The notes below the pieces were generated by a model. The model was not told where the DNA came from, made no database searches, and was given only the letters and a program-made list of their open reading frames with translations. Position numbers and translations under genes: made by a program. This document shows positions 11,040 to 23,858 of a DNA stretch of 64,000 nt, piece by piece. The DNA is from Podarcis bocagei (lineage: Eukaryota), in NCBI GenBank assembly GCA_964188305.1, contig OZ076893.1; one strand, written 5' to 3'. The first letter of the stretch is position 1. The number at the start of each line of letters is the position of its first letter.

Positions 11040-11600
11040 GATGTACGCTTTAATGAAGTGCGGGAGGAGGGGAACGAGCGCCTGCCTTCACAACGTTGGC
11101 AAGCCGCCCTTTCCAGAGCGACGGCGGTGGCGAAGCAGCGTCTCCTTAGCAACCGCCCCGCGCGGCCCTCGGTGAAGACTGCCTTCCTCGGGCGACTGCG
11201 CTGAGGTGGTGGTGGGCCGCTCGCCTTCTGCGCGTGCGCTTGAGGGGGTACGTTTTGTTGCTCGAGCGAATTCTATTTAAAAAGTGGCTCTCGGCGGGGC
11301 CACCTGTAGGGTTTCCCTCAGCGGCGCCGGTTCAAGGCCGCTCCGAGCGGCGAGGGGCGGCGGCAAACGGTTGCTGGGGTCTCTCTCCTGTGGAAAGGAC
11401 GTTGGAGTGGCGGCGTTCGCTGGGGAAGGAAGCAGGTAGGAGCGTCCGGTGCCGGGTAGGGGATGCTGTGTGTGGCCGTTTGAGGATAACGGCAGGAGGA
11501 AGAGGGAGAGCGAGGAATCGCGGAGGATGGATGGGGAGGGCTGTGGGAGATCGGGGGGGGGGCGAGTCTAGGGTGATGCAAACGGGGAAGGTGCGATGAT
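11040..11600 (+). promoter_or_regulatory. SPAG1: SPAG1 CpG-island promoter / non-coding exon 1
   Basis: Strong CpG island 2.2 kb upstream of the first coding exon; candidate donor CAG|GTAGGA at 11435. Confidence 0.75.
11140..11153. promoter_or_regulatory. RFX X-box
   Basis: GTCTCCTTAGCAAC fits the 14-bp X-box, in the promoter of a motile-cilia gene. Confidence 0.75.
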
Positions 11601-11800
11601 GCTGAGAGGCAGCTATAACTGGCAGAACAGGTTTCATAGGGGGGCAAACAGGTGGTGGTGCCAGTGTATGTTTTTCTTTCTTTAAAAAAAAATCTGATTT
11701 TCTCTCCAGTAAGTTCAGGGTATGCTTTTCTCTGTCTTCACAGCAACCCTGTAAGGTAGAATAGATTGTGGTGGTAATTGGCATGAAGTCACTCAGCTAC

Positions 11801-12165
11801 ATGGGTGTAGCCAGATACCCCCCCCCCAATCAAGTAAATAAATAAAAATGCTCAAGTAACTGACCAATCGTGTCACATGGAGCTCAGTTCTGCCCCCCAA
11901 CATAAATCCTGCCCCCCCCAACATAACTCCTGGCTATGCCCGTTCTCAACTATATGGGTATTTGAAACTTCAAAAAGCTTCAACGATATATATTAAATGG
12001 GCAGCATACATGCACCACTGTTATCTTTCATGCTCCTTTTCCTACCCCCATGGGCGTAGCCAAGGGGGGCAGCTGCCCCCCAATCAATTAAAATCAATAC
12101 AAATTTGAGGTTCTGTCCCCCCTAACAAAAGCCCGCCCCCTAACCAAAATCCTGTCTATGCCCAT
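11801..12165. mobile_element. Two adjacent hAT-like MITEs
   Basis: CATGGG(T/C)GTAGCC...GG(C/T)TATGCCC termini twice (about 11801-11942 and 12049-12165); same family at 54156-54285. Confidence 0.6.
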
Positions 12166-13809
12166 TCCTCCCACCACCACCCTCATTGCTCTAAGGGTGA
12201 ACAAAGGGGTGTGACTGCTGTTGCTAAGGTCAGTTGTTGATTTTTGTGGGAACTGGGGCTAAGCCTGTAGAAATTACTTTGATAAAGAGGCGCTGGCTAG
12301 GCCCTTAAAATACTCATGGTACAGGTCCCTACCACAAATTCGTATGTGCTGCTTTATACAGATGGGTTCAAATTTAGACCTCTGGGCACATTTAGATGGT
12401 TGGTGGCTGGAGTCTTGCCAGCTCTGTGCTTTAAATCTATGCCCAGATGTCCTGTAAGCAAATAAAAGCATTTTATTTTTATTTTTTTATTTTAAAAAAA
12501 AGGAGAGGGAAGGAGATTGGGGGCCCAACACAAATGATCCAGTCATTTCAGACTTTCATATAGAATAAAGCAGAATACCTTCAAAATGTTGTTATTTTGG
12601 GAGCTTGCTGCATGTACTGAAAAAGTGAGGCTTGTTTCCATGGTCTTGTGAAACTGCGTAGGGCAGGGCCTAATTTCAGGAGATGGTGATCTCCTGAAAT
12701 TTCTGAGCTTTGGGGCTCACTTCAGTACATAGCAACAGTTGCTAGTGGATTATTTATTTATTTGTTGCAACCTGTTCCTTTTTTTTAACTGTAGAGGGCA
12801 TTGTCCTTGAATTATTCTTTATAAAAAACGTATTTCCCCATTACAGTGCTGAAATTGTGTTTTGATGCTACGTGTTAGGCTTAAATGATTCTTGTTTTAT
12901 TTTTTATGTTTCAAAATGGGGATGGGTCAAAATTTTCTGGCATTCCATTTTAATGGGAAATTAGAGGGTTTGTTTGTTTTTTAATTGATGCTGACATTTT
13001 GCACTTGATAACCTGTACACAGTAAAATACTCAGTTTTCTTATAAACTGTAGCATTATAAACCATGTTCAAGAAATGAGCTTGTAGGTATTCTGTATGAT
13101 TTGCATAAGGAGAACAGAAGGTACCGGTAAATAATGTGGAAGATCTCTCACAACAGATAATTCACAAATACACAATGTTCTCTGAACCTATGATTCTCTA
13201 AGATCATTAGTCACATAATTTGCAGACAAAATTCAATCAATGGATTTATTTATATGCAAAAGGATCTGAGAATAATTCTCACAAATAGGATTATGTTCAG
13301 TTAGTCTGTGTTATGGAAAAAAGTTTGACATTCAGATGGCTGCCAAGTCTGCACTTGGTATGTTGTAATAAAAAGCAACTGTTATTGCAAATACAAATAA
13401 GAAAACAGTGGCTGCAAAGATTTAGAAACAAAAACAGAATTATACATGTGAAAAATTCTGCTGAGAAAATTCTTTTCACTTAATCGTGTGTTTTTTCTAG
13501 CAGTAGCTATTTATACATATAAGCATTCATGGTGCATAAAGTACTACCCACACAGAAAGTCCTGGTCCTATAAATTGTTCCATTTCAATGGACTGAAGCT
13601 AGAAGGATTTAAAACAGGTGCACAAGCAAGTATGTTTGAAGTAGTTCGCAGGGTCAAAAATTAAGGCTGCAGTCTAATAATCTTCTGTAACTGAAAAGTG
13701 TTTGCAATGTACATAAGAGATTATAACACATTATTCAGTGAGCTTATGTAATTTCAAAATATATATGAATAGTGGGAAAATTTAAATATTACCTTTTATA
13801 TTTCTAGTT

Positions 13810-13949
13810 ATGAGTGCTGACCAAGTTTCATGCTTGTTAAGCCAAGGAACAACAAAAACATATCAAATTCCTATTGAGCATCTGGACTACAAATTCATTG
13901 AAACATGCAAAGATGTTAAGCATTTGGAAAAGATTCTTAAGATATTAAG
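13810..13949 (+). CDS. SPAG1: Sperm-associated antigen 1 (DNAAF13), coding exon 1
   Basis: MSADQVSCLLSQGTTKTYQIPIEHLDYKFIETCKDVKHLEKILKILR; AG/GT boundaries. Confidence 0.92.
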
Positions 13950-14633
13950 GTAAACATTTAAATTACATATTTATTTTATTATGGTTTACATATTTTTATT
14001 CATATTAACTAAACATTAACTAGAAACTAATAAGGCTATCACTTCTTTTGTAGACCTTGTCAGAAAACTTGTTTAAAAGCTAAATATTGTCATAATTTTA
14101 AATAAGTGAAAATAGTTTAGTCTTGCTAGCATGGCATTAGTATAACATAAATTGGTTGTTTGGACTGAGAAAGTGATCTATTTATACTAGCTAAGGCTGG
14201 GATATTCAGATTTAAGATTTTACAGACCTTTTGGTCATGCAGAATTGAGCCATTGAATGGTTATTGAGCTTAAAAAAGCAATACAAAAGCAATACAAAAT
14301 GTAGCAATGTCAGCTGTAAACTATTTACAAGTCTAGAGCAAATCAAACAAAAATAGTGGAAGTCTTTATCTCAGAAGGGGTGTGTGTGTTATAACAGCTC
14401 CTGAAGTTAATATTTATGGTTTATGCTTTAAAAATTGCTATTGGTGATATCTAATGCTGTATGTGTGGAGGTCCACTCATCCAGCAGAACTTACTCTTTC
14501 TCTGCACTCTCTCTCGAGTTTTCCCTAACCTGTCATAGCATATTTTCAGGATGCATGGGGGCTACAGGGGACAGAAGAGAATTCCTGTTGTGCTTACAGA
14601 AGTTCGTATAATGTCACATTTATTAATTTTTAG

Positions 14634-14793
14634 ATCTGGTGAAGAAGGCTTCTATCCTGATCTTGTATTATTTTGTGAAAAACGCATTGAGTCTTTGGCT
14701 CCAAATAGCAGAGCTCTGCGAAGAGATAAACCTGCAGCGACTGCTTCTGATTTTACTACTGAGGAATGGAAAGAAATAGAGAATGAAATGAAG
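14634..14793 (+). CDS. SPAG1: SPAG1 coding exon 2
   Basis: SGEEGFYPDLVLFCEKRIESLAPNSRALRRDKPAATA... Confidence 0.95.
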
Positions 14794-14919
14794 GTATTGC
14801 ACTTCTTCATTCTGCAGCATGCTAATTTTGTATGTGACTTTTAAATAACAAATAGTTGTTGCCTGGTAAAAAAACAATTTCAGATTTTGAAATACGTTTA
14901 TGTTTTTGATTTCTTTCAG

Positions 14920-15045
14920 AGCTGGATTACCGAAATGAAAGAAGATGAGTATAAAATGCGGTATGCTACAACGGAAGTATTCAAGGAAAAAGTGGAAAAT
15001 TTGCCACCAGTTCGTAGTTCAGATAGCTCTCTTCCTTCTAGACAG
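14920..15045 (+). CDS. SPAG1: SPAG1 coding exon 3
   Basis: SWITEMKEDE...ENLPPVRSSDSSLPSRQ. Confidence 0.93.
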
Positions 15046-15114
15046 GTGGGAATCTGTGTTTCTATACAATATTCAGTATCATATATTTTTTAATGTGTTG
15101 TTGGCATCTGACTA

Positions 15115-15790
15115 CCGTATTTTTTGCACCATAGGGCGCACCGGACCATAGGGCGCACCTAGTTTTGGGAGGCGGAAAACAAGAAAAAATTATTCTGAAC
15201 CCCAGAAGCCAGAACAGCAAGAGGGATCTGGCTTCTGGGATACCGTGTGGCTGTTCTGGCTTCTGGGGTAACCGCGCCAAGCCTCTTCAGGGCAGCGGGA
15301 TGAAGGCTCGCCCTGCCCAAAGAGGCTGCGCAGGGCTAAAGCAGAAGCCAGGACAGACGCGTCGCTGAAGGGGCACTGTGCCTTCTCTCTCTCTGTGCAG
15401 TGCCCCTCCTTCACAGGAAAGGTGCTGCGCAGAGAGGGAGAAGGCGCAGCACCCTTCAGCGAAGCTGGAGAAGGAACAGAAGGAGTCCCTTCTGTTCCTC
15501 CTCCGGCTTCGCATGACAGGCGCGTCGCTCAAGGGGCGCTACGCCTTCTCTCTCTCTGCGCAGCGCCTCTCCTTCACAGGAAAGGTGCTGCGCAGAGAGG
15601 GAGAAGGCGCAGCGCCCTTCAGCGAAGCTGGAGAAGGAACAGAAGGAGACCCTTCTGTTCCTCCTCCGGCTTCCAGGACAGGCGCGTCGCCGCGAAGCCA
15701 AGGAGCCTGCATTCACTCCATAGGACGCACACACATTTCCCCTTCATTTTTGGAGGGGAAAAAGTGTGTCCTATAGAGCGAAAAATACGG
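15115..15790. mobile_element. Tc2/pogo-like MITE with internal ~162-bp hairpin tandem repeat
   Basis: TIR CCGTATTTTT..GC..C.ATAGG.C.CAC with TA flanks; units start at 15353, 15516, 15678. Confidence 0.88.
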
Positions 15791-16496
15791 TAAGTCATAC
15801 CTGAAGGAGACCCATTGAAATCATGGCCAACTTGTCCCTATTTCAGTAGGTCTACTCTGAGTATGACTTGGTCACATATCAAATGGGAGGGGAAAAACAT
15901 CTAATAACCCTGGAGAGAAGTACTCCACAATGGAACATTTTGTCACAGGACCCTACTTGATTCAATTCAATTCAGGACCCTACATTCAAATTGTGTGAGT
16001 GCCAGTCGTGTAAAAGGAAGCTATCAGTAGGTTCAGGGCATCTCAAAGGTTTGCAGAAGTAGGGAAAAAGTACAAACAAACCCCAATCAGCCCAGTGATG
16101 GCAGAGCATTCCATGCCCACTAACTGGAGGTGAGGAATGGAAAGCTGGAGGGGGAGGGGCTGGATTCTTGATGAGATAGCACTCTGTGCTGCAATGTTTA
16201 ATTGCAAGTCCCACTTGGTTATGTATGTTTGCAGATGATATGTTTGCAATTCTCATTTTTCCCCATATGAGAATTTTTATATCAAAATATTGACATTTAT
16301 TCTTAGTTGATAAGCACATGATTGTAGAAAGGATAGCAAGTGATTGAGTTACTTACTGAACATATGTGAACTCCAAAACCTCAGTTTGAGGTAGCTAAAA
16401 CATGTTATAATGCTCATATCACATGAAATGAGAGTAACAAAACAAATTCTTTGATGAAGCTTATTTTTTTATATCTTGTCTGACTTCTCATTCTAG

Positions 16497-16564
16497 AGGA
16501 AAACTTCAAGAAATGGTGTAATAAAGAATAAAAATGTACCAAGGGACTATAGAGAGTGGGATAA
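16497..16564 (+). CDS. SPAG1: SPAG1 coding exon 4
   Basis: RKTSRNGVIKNKNVPRDYREWDK (PRDYxEWDK motif). Confidence 0.9.
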
Positions 16565-16849
16565 GTATGTCAGATACCTTCTGCATATTGTTTAATTCAA
16601 TTATTTTCTAATGTTCTATTTAAGTTGGTTTTGAAAAAGGAACGTTTGTTTCTGTGTTAACGTGCCCTTGAAATTCTCAAAATCTCACAGGGCTAACTAT
16701 AGACAAATGGTATTCGAAAGTCTAGTATTAATGGAGAACTTTACACAAAAATTGCATGTTGGGAGAAAGCGCTCTAAATATGATGAGTTGTATTCAACAT
16801 CATGCTAAGGCAAGTATTTGATCTGTGCAATAATTTTTCCTTGCACAAC

Positions 16850-17110
16850 ATCTTGCTTGCCCTGCCAATATCCTCCTTAAATTGTGGTGCCCAGACCAGG
16901 ACACAGTACTCCAGGTATGGTCTTTCCAAGGCAGAATAGAGCAGTACTGTTACTTCATTTGATAGGGGCACTATACATCCTAGAATAGCATTAGCCTTTT
17001 TTTGCTGCTGCATCACACTTTTGAGTCACATTAAATGTGTGGTCTACTAAGACACCTAGATCCTTTCCCACATCTTATATTTGTACATCTGGTTCTTCCT
17101 ACTTAAGAGT
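16850..17110 (-). mobile_element. CR1 LINE ORF2 3' fragment
   Basis: [10 protein letters not shown]...[25 protein letters not shown]. Confidence 0.85.
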
Positions 17111-17127
17111 AGAACGTGCCCACTGCT

Positions 17128-17225
17128 TGCAGCTCAGTGGGTTAGAGTGAGGTGCTGATAATGCCAAGATCATGGGTTTGATCCCCATATGGGCCACCTG
17201 CATATTCCTACATTGCAGATTAATG
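17128..17225 (+). mobile_element. tRNA-derived SINE fragment
   Basis: A/B-box-like head AGCTCAGTGGGTTAGAG...GGGTTTGATCCCC. Confidence 0.6.
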
Positions 17226-17347
17226 GTCGATCATACCCTTAAACTATGTAAGTGTGAGGTCTTGTTATAGTTAAACACACATTTGTATAATTTATGGATG
17301 TTTATTATTATCATGTAAATATATTAAATGCTTTTCCGTTTTTCAAG

Positions 17348-17460
17348 GTTTGATGTGGAAAAAGAATGTTCCAAAATTGATGGTTATGAGGAAAATAAGA
17401 GTAAACCCAGCTTTAAAACTACTAACAAAGGGTTACCAAAATCTGATATAGACACAACAG
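17348..17460 (+). CDS. SPAG1: SPAG1 coding exon 5
   Basis: FDVEKECSKIDG...IDTT. Confidence 0.93.
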
Positions 17461-17861
17461 GTAGGTTTTCATTCAATTCTACAGTGATTTTGGTTGCTGT
17501 TGCCTTTTATTGAAAAATAAGAAATCTACTACTCATAGGAATCTCTGTTTTCAAAAATACTGTGACTTGATGCTCATATAGAATTATGACAATTTTATAT
17601 GAATTTGTTTATCAGTATTGTATGCATTGTCAGTAACTCCTGTATATATCCAATGTCTGCCTATCCTTTCCCAGAAATATTTCCCGCCCCCCATTTTACC
17701 ATGTTACTTCAAAATTCAGTAATGCAGTCAGTACGGCTGAATTACAGCATTTAAAAATCCTGTGTTTTTGATTGCATAATTCTGCTAAGGTAGTAGATAA
17801 ATCAGGAATATAGCTAGAAAACATTTTTTTGGAAACAGGGTTTTAAAATGTTATAACCCTT

Positions 17862-18060
17862 GCCAGTGTGGTGTAGTGGTTAAGAGCGGTGGATTCGTAA
17901 TCTGGGGAACTGGGCTAGTCACACTTCTTTGAAGTCTCTCAGCCCCACTCACCTCACAGAGTGTTTGTTGTGGGGAGGAAGGGAAAGGAGAATGTTAGCC
18001 GCTTTGAGACTCCTTCGGGTAGTGATAAAGCGGGATATCAAATCCAAACTCTTCTTCTCT
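17862..18060 (+). mobile_element. tRNA-derived lizard SINE
   Basis: GCCAGTGTGGTGTAGTGGTTAAGAGC head, (CTT)n tail. Confidence 0.7.
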
Positions 18061-18447
18061 TCATCTTACCTTGAAAAAAATAGCATACCCTTAAACAATA
18101 AAGCAAAAAATTCCAAAGTGTAGTTTCAACCACTGTATAATTGCCTACTTTGACTGCTACTAGTATTTCAGGATCTCAGAGGTGCTTCCCAGCCTTGTTA
18201 CAGGAGTTCCTTTTAACTGGACAGACTGTTAATTAAATTTGTTACCTTCTGTATACAAAGTATGTGTTCAACTATTGAGATATAGCATGTTGCCTGAAGT
18301 GGGTGGAGGCTCAAATCAACACAATAGAGCACTTGTAGATTATGTTTTTTACAATATTCTCTCTCTCATATTCTTTCTCTGTAGCATTAAAAGAAATGTT
18401 TTTGCCTGCAATTTTTCTTCCTTTAATATGTAATAGGTATCTTCTAG

Positions 18448-18553
18448 GTTTGACTACAAAGGAAAAAATATTCATTGCTAATCGTGAAAAAGAAAAAGGA
18501 AATGAAGCATTTGTTACAGGAGACTACAAAGAAGCAGTTATCTACTATACTCG
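18448..18553 (+). CDS. SPAG1: SPAG1 coding exon 6 (start of TPR1)
   Basis: LTTKEKIFIANREKEKGNEAFVTGDYKEAVIYYTR. Confidence 0.95.
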
Positions 18554-19936
18554 GTGAGTCATCCATAGTAATTATTAGCCTGCTGCGGTAGCAATAATAA
18601 TAATAATAATTTATTTATTTATACCCTACCCATCTGGCTGGGCTTCCCCAGCCACTCTGGGCAGCTTCCAACAAAATATTAAAATACAGTAGCAACCTGG
18701 ATGCAAAGCAGGCATTAATATGTAGTCTTAAAAGCTACAACTTCCATTTAAAAAATCATTTAGCTGCTTCACTATCAACTTCGTTGTTTAAAAGTGGTTT
18801 AAACAAAATTTGTATTAGTATACATATATCAAATTTATGGTACACATTTTTCTGCGTATATGTTGTGTAGCCAGACAGCAACCCTCACAATAAGGCATTC
18901 TAGACTGAGACTGTGTACTGACAAAAACCTCAAGAACTTGAAAGTGCGACATGACACTATTTTTTTGTGCAGAGGCACTTCTTATTCTGTCCTATTAGGC
19001 AGCAAACATGGCTTGGACTGATCCTGATTGTATTGAATATGGTATATATAGATGCCTTCTTCCTGGTGGTCCTTGCAGTTGGGCTTTGTTGAAGGTTTGA
19101 AACCCGGCATAACTGTGGGGATGACTCCCACCCTCCTCCAGTTCCAAATTTGTAGGTGGAGAACTAGAATTTGTTTTGGCACTGGGCAGCTGATGTACTT
19201 GATGTACCTCTGCTGCCCATTACCCAAATGAGCCTATGCCAACCTTCACCTCCAAAGCCAGAGAGAAAACTTGTGCTTGTTTTGGTACTAGGCAGCAGAG
19301 GCACTTTGTGAATCTTTAACTGACCAAGGCCAACATGGCAAGCCACAGCCTTCCTCTTCCGCTTGGAGTTGGGGGTGGGTGCAACTTAGTTTGCTCTGTA
19401 ACTCAGTGCAGTTGCAGGGGATTATCCCAGCTCTACCTTCACTTCTTAGCCAGAGAGTTCATCATTGTTGACATATGTAACTTTTGCCATTACAAGGGTG
19501 ACAGGCAGAATTGTAGATCACTTGGCCTTTCTTACATGCTTTATCATATAGTCTTCATATTATGGCATTATGACTTGTAGTCAATTTTCTGCACTGAGTT
19601 GCATGAGATCAATAGAGAATGAAAATGGTTAGGTAACTACGGAAAATAATTTGTCCCTCTTTAGGCCTTTATGTGTATTCTTTATCTTTCTTTGCCATTT
19701 TCATTAGCAGATGGGAGGCCACACCCACTCTGATTGGATCTTTTACTCTTTTGACTTGTACTTGTTTTCATTTGTACTCTGTACAGTACTGTAACACTCC
19801 TATATTTTTCATTCTTGGGTCTTCTGGCTTTACTTTGTAACAACATTCCCGCACCTTAGGCTTTAAGGCGTCACCTGACTCTTTTCTGAAGTGTCTGTGT
19901 TCATTTCAGCCTGCCTAATGCCTCAGTATTTTGCAG

Positions 19937-20067
19937 GAGCATATCTGCCTTTCCCACTGTGGCTGCATACAATAATAAAGCTCAGGCAGAAATAAAACTT
20001 CAGAATTGGCATGTTGCTCGTCAGGATTGTGAGACAGTGTTAAAAATGGACCCTGAAAACATAAAAG
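19937..20067 (+). CDS. SPAG1: SPAG1 coding exon 7
   Basis: SISAFPTVAAYNNKAQAEIKLQNW...DPENIK. Confidence 0.94.
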
Positions 20068-20375
20068 GTAAAATTAAAGAAATCACTTTTGAGAAATTAA
20101 TGCTAGCAAAATTCTTTTTAAATTAATGGAGCAAAATCAGCATAGGTGACAAACACTGGTTTTTGAAATTTGTGGATTGCATTTTGTGGAGTAACCACTC
20201 TCAAATTTTTATTTTTCCACTTCTGCTATAGTGGGAAATGAATTGTTCAGCACATAGTGGCTTAGTACTCATGCTAAGTGCTTTACATGGTTTAGTGAAA
20301 GGGAATTTATGGGGGTACAGTATCTGCTTTGCCATTAGAACCCTGAATATTTTCCCACGCATCTCCAATATTCAC

Positions 20376-20952
20376 TGTAAAAGCTTGTATCCCTTCAATT
20401 CAAGGTAAATTCCGAGACAGGGCTAGCCAGGCGATGGTGGGAAATGTTTACTCCAAGCAACAAGAGTTCCCCTTCCAACTATTAATCAGCTGAAGGAAGT
20501 TTAGCCTACTTTGTCTAAAGCAATTTATTGCAATCCTGAGAGATGAAAAGTTGGCTTTTCCTAGACAGCGTAAAAGGGAAGTCCCCACATGTCTAGGTAC
20601 TGCCTTTTCCTAGCACCAAACTAAGTAAATAAAAAGGGAGAAAAACAGAGCAATCCTACAGAGATCCGGGGAAGCACAAGAGTCTAAGCACAAAATAGGA
20701 CATAAAGTGGTGCTATTTCCTTTATTCCTATCCCCAGTTGGTTTCAGTAGGAGGGAAGATATGCCAGTTCCAGTGTTGGCATAGTTTGTATAAAACTTGC
20801 CACTACTGCAATGAAGAGTCATCCAGGAGTGGAACTCCTCCACCTGGTGAGGAAGGGATTCAGGGTTCCCCAGCTGCCTTTCCTGGGAGTGTAGAATTCC
20901 TCCTTGAATTATGCTTGCACCTTTAAGAGATAGTTGGCCTCTCCCACTCACA
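20376..20952 (-). mobile_element. Possible old solo LTR
   Basis: TG...CA ends, minus-strand AATAAA near 20524-20529; TSD not convincing. Confidence 0.3.
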
Positions 20953-21248
20953 GCAACTGTTATCTCTTTTGCTCTGTTTCCCCATGACAAGTGATTGTGT
21001 ACAGATACAACATTTTGAATTTATGTGTACATGCCATGCAATTAGCATACATACATATACCATGTGGGAGACTTTTTATAGTGTGGTTGTTGGACTAGGA
21101 CCAGGGAAACCTGGCTTCAAGGTTAGCCCACTTTACAGATCGTTTTGACAATAAAACTGGGGAGTAACATAAGCCACCCCAAGGTCCTTGGAGGAAGAAC
21201 AGCATAAAAATGTAATGAATAAATAAGAAATAATGCCATGTTACATTA

Positions 21249-21587
21249 CAGTGGTGCCTCGCAAGACGAAATTAATCCGTTCCGCGAGTATCTTCGTGTA
21301 GCGGTTTTTTTGTCTTGCGAAGCAACCCTATTAGCGGATTAGCGCTATTAGCGGTTTAGCGGCTATTAAAGGCTTAGCGGCTTAGCTGCTAAAAGGCTAT
21401 TAAAGGCTTAGCGGCTTAGAAAAAGGGGGGGGGAGCAAAAAAAAATCTCAAGACTCGCAAGACATTTTCGTCTTGCGAAGCAAGCCCATAGGGAAATTCG
21501 TCCTGCGAAGCGCATTGAAAAACGGAAAACCCTTTCGTCTAGCGGGTTTTCCGTCTTGCGAGGCATTCGTCTTGCGGGGCACCACTG
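21249..21587. mobile_element. Tc1/mariner-pogo-type MITE with internal TAGCGG repeats
   Basis: TIR CAGTGGTGCC(T/C)CGCAAGACGAA; TA flanks. Confidence 0.9.
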
Positions 21588-21709
21588 TATATAGGTTATT
21601 GCAGCTGTAATCACATCTCTTTTAGTGGGTTAATTTTTGGTAACAGATTATACTTTGATGGGAGACTGGGACAGATTAGAAATTTAGCAGAATAATTACG
21701 GTATTAAAA

Positions 21710-22062
21710 TAAGGGTTGAGGATCCTTTTTCAACCTGAGGGCCTCATTCGCTTTTGGGCAGCCTTATAGGACCTTATGCCATTGATGAGCAAGACCAGAG
21801 GCAAAAGTGGGCTAAGCAACTACCGCCATTTTTGCCTTGTGTACTGTAGGTTGGCTTCTTCACACTCGCACATCTCTCTGTATTCTCCATTGAGGAAGCA
21901 AGAAGCCTTATCGGAGTTAAGGACACATTCCAGCCACTAGAGTGGGGTGTAAAGATGGGTGTGGTTCAGAAGGGGGTGTGGCTTGGGGAGAACTTCAGGG
22001 GCCAGATGGAGTGGCCTGGAGGGCTGCATTTGGCCCCTCGGCCTGAGGTTCTGCATCCCTGT
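21710..22062. mobile_element. Degenerate hAT-type non-autonomous element
   Basis: AGGGTTG..GA.CCT...GAGGGCC / GGCCC...AGGTTCTGCATCCCTG termini. Confidence 0.5.
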
Positions 22063-22280
22063 ACTAAAATGGATCCTTATATGTGAAGATGGTTTGTCTG
22101 CGTCAAATTGAAATTATTTTTTAACCATTCCTCTTTATTACAAAGCTATATTGCAATAGTTGCAAGTTATTATATAATTCAGAATTATTTTACATTTCCA
22201 CAATTTCACATTATATTGACATATTTATTATGTAACTTAGAATATTGCAATAAAATAATGCATTCTTTATTGATCTGCAG

Positions 22281-22387
22281 CTTTTATGCGCCGTGCCACT
22301 GTTTACACTAATCTGCATAATTTCAAAGCAGCTGCAGAAGATTTGAAGAAAGTGTTACAGATTGAGCCAGAAAATGCTACTGCTAAG
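22281..22387 (+). CDS. SPAG1: SPAG1 coding exon 8
   Basis: AFMRRATVYTNLHNFKAAAEDLKKVLQIEPENATAK. Confidence 0.94.
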
Positions 22388-22649
22388 GTAAGTATTAATT
22401 GTTGACTTCATGGACGTATTGTAAACTATGGATACCGTTTGTATTAGACATATTTACTATTGAAAGATGGTACACAATGAAATATATCTAATACAAATAC
22501 TGTATTTGATACAAATACTGCCATCCCACAGATGGCAGCAGGTTAAACTGGTTTTTCAAAAGGGAAAAAAGCAATAAGTTTCCATCAGCTGATCCATAGT
22601 GGAGAGCCCACCATTCTCCCAACTATTACAATACCATATTTCTCCCAGT

Positions 22650-22790
22650 TTTGATGCTGCTCTGCAAGCTAAGTTTTCTGATTTGGAGGGAAGGTCACAC
22701 AGAAATAATCTGCACATTCTGAGGGTTCAAGAGAGATCTGAGCAATTGAATACCTCTGTGGTTGTAGCCACTCTGTTGTGGATATTGCTA
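22650..22790 (+). mobile_element. L1 ORF1 fragment
   Basis: LQAKFSDLEGRSHRNNLHILRVQE resembles L1 ORF1p DLENRSRRNNIRIxGxPE. Confidence 0.65.
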
Positions 22791-23858
22791 TGGTTCTGTA
22801 CACTGAGTTGGCCAATTGCAGCCCAGTTCCTTCCAGAATGAGTATCTCAAGTTCCAGGGCATAGCATGCCTTTCAACAAATCCTGTAGCCCTCAACCAGT
22901 GGAGTACAAGATTGCTGGCTGAGCCATTGCAGCAGATTGAGTGGGGCAATCTGGTATTGTGTATGCTGGGGATGTGGTATTGTGAGTTCATTGGCTCCCT
23001 ATGTGGGTGTTGTCACTGGCACCATCCCTGATTGGTGGGCTTTGGTAGAGTTTCTCAGCCTGCAGCTTATTTCCCCCACTCTGGTTTAGTGCAGGTGACC
23101 TAAGTGGCACATACATGTCAGGAGAAGTATGGTAACGTATAACTGCTCCACACAATTTATATTTATTTATTAAATTTCTATACCACCCCTTGTCTGAGGA
23201 TCACAGGGTGGTTTACCAATTACACGTGGATGAATTTAATATAGAAGATATTCTCAATGGCAAAAACAGTCTAGTTTTTCTTGCCCTTTCAGTAGCTTAA
23301 GCTGGTGAATGAGTCTAATACGTACAGCAGTATTCAACAGATCTTTGGGCCTAATTGAGAGAGAAATCCTGAGCCAATTTCTAATGATGAGCTATAGTCA
23401 ATCTGGTTCCAAAGGCCATCTTGATAGACTGATAGTAATGAAAGCATCAAACAAACTGTATTCAGTAATATCAATTGTGGTACTAAACCAGCTGCCTCAT
23501 TCAGAATTTTATACATTTCTACTTTAACAATCTCCCACTACAGATAATTTAAAGCACCACTCCCAATATAATATTCCTACATTTACAACTGTATTACTTA
23601 AATTTATTAGAGAACTACTAGAGATTAGAGATCTGTACTGAACAGGTTCTTTTTAAATAGAATTTCCTATAGAGGTATATGTACTTTTCAGTTCTAAGTA
23701 CTTTGGTTCTGATCTCACTTCTGACACTAGGTTCTCTAATTTTCTCCTTTTGCAATTACAGTATTATGTAATGTTGAAAATGTTGAGTGTATCTTTCAGT
23801 GGTGGAAGAATTTGTGTATTTAAAATAATAATAAATAAATATTGCTATATTACTACAG

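Noticed and set aside
11234-11784. Long ORFs in the SPAG1 CpG island
   Set aside because: Stop-poor GC-rich promoter sequence with no recognisable protein.
15165-15793. Several overlapping 70-130 aa ORFs with internal repeats
   Set aside because: They arise from the GC-rich tandem array inside a MITE; no transposase or other domain is visible.
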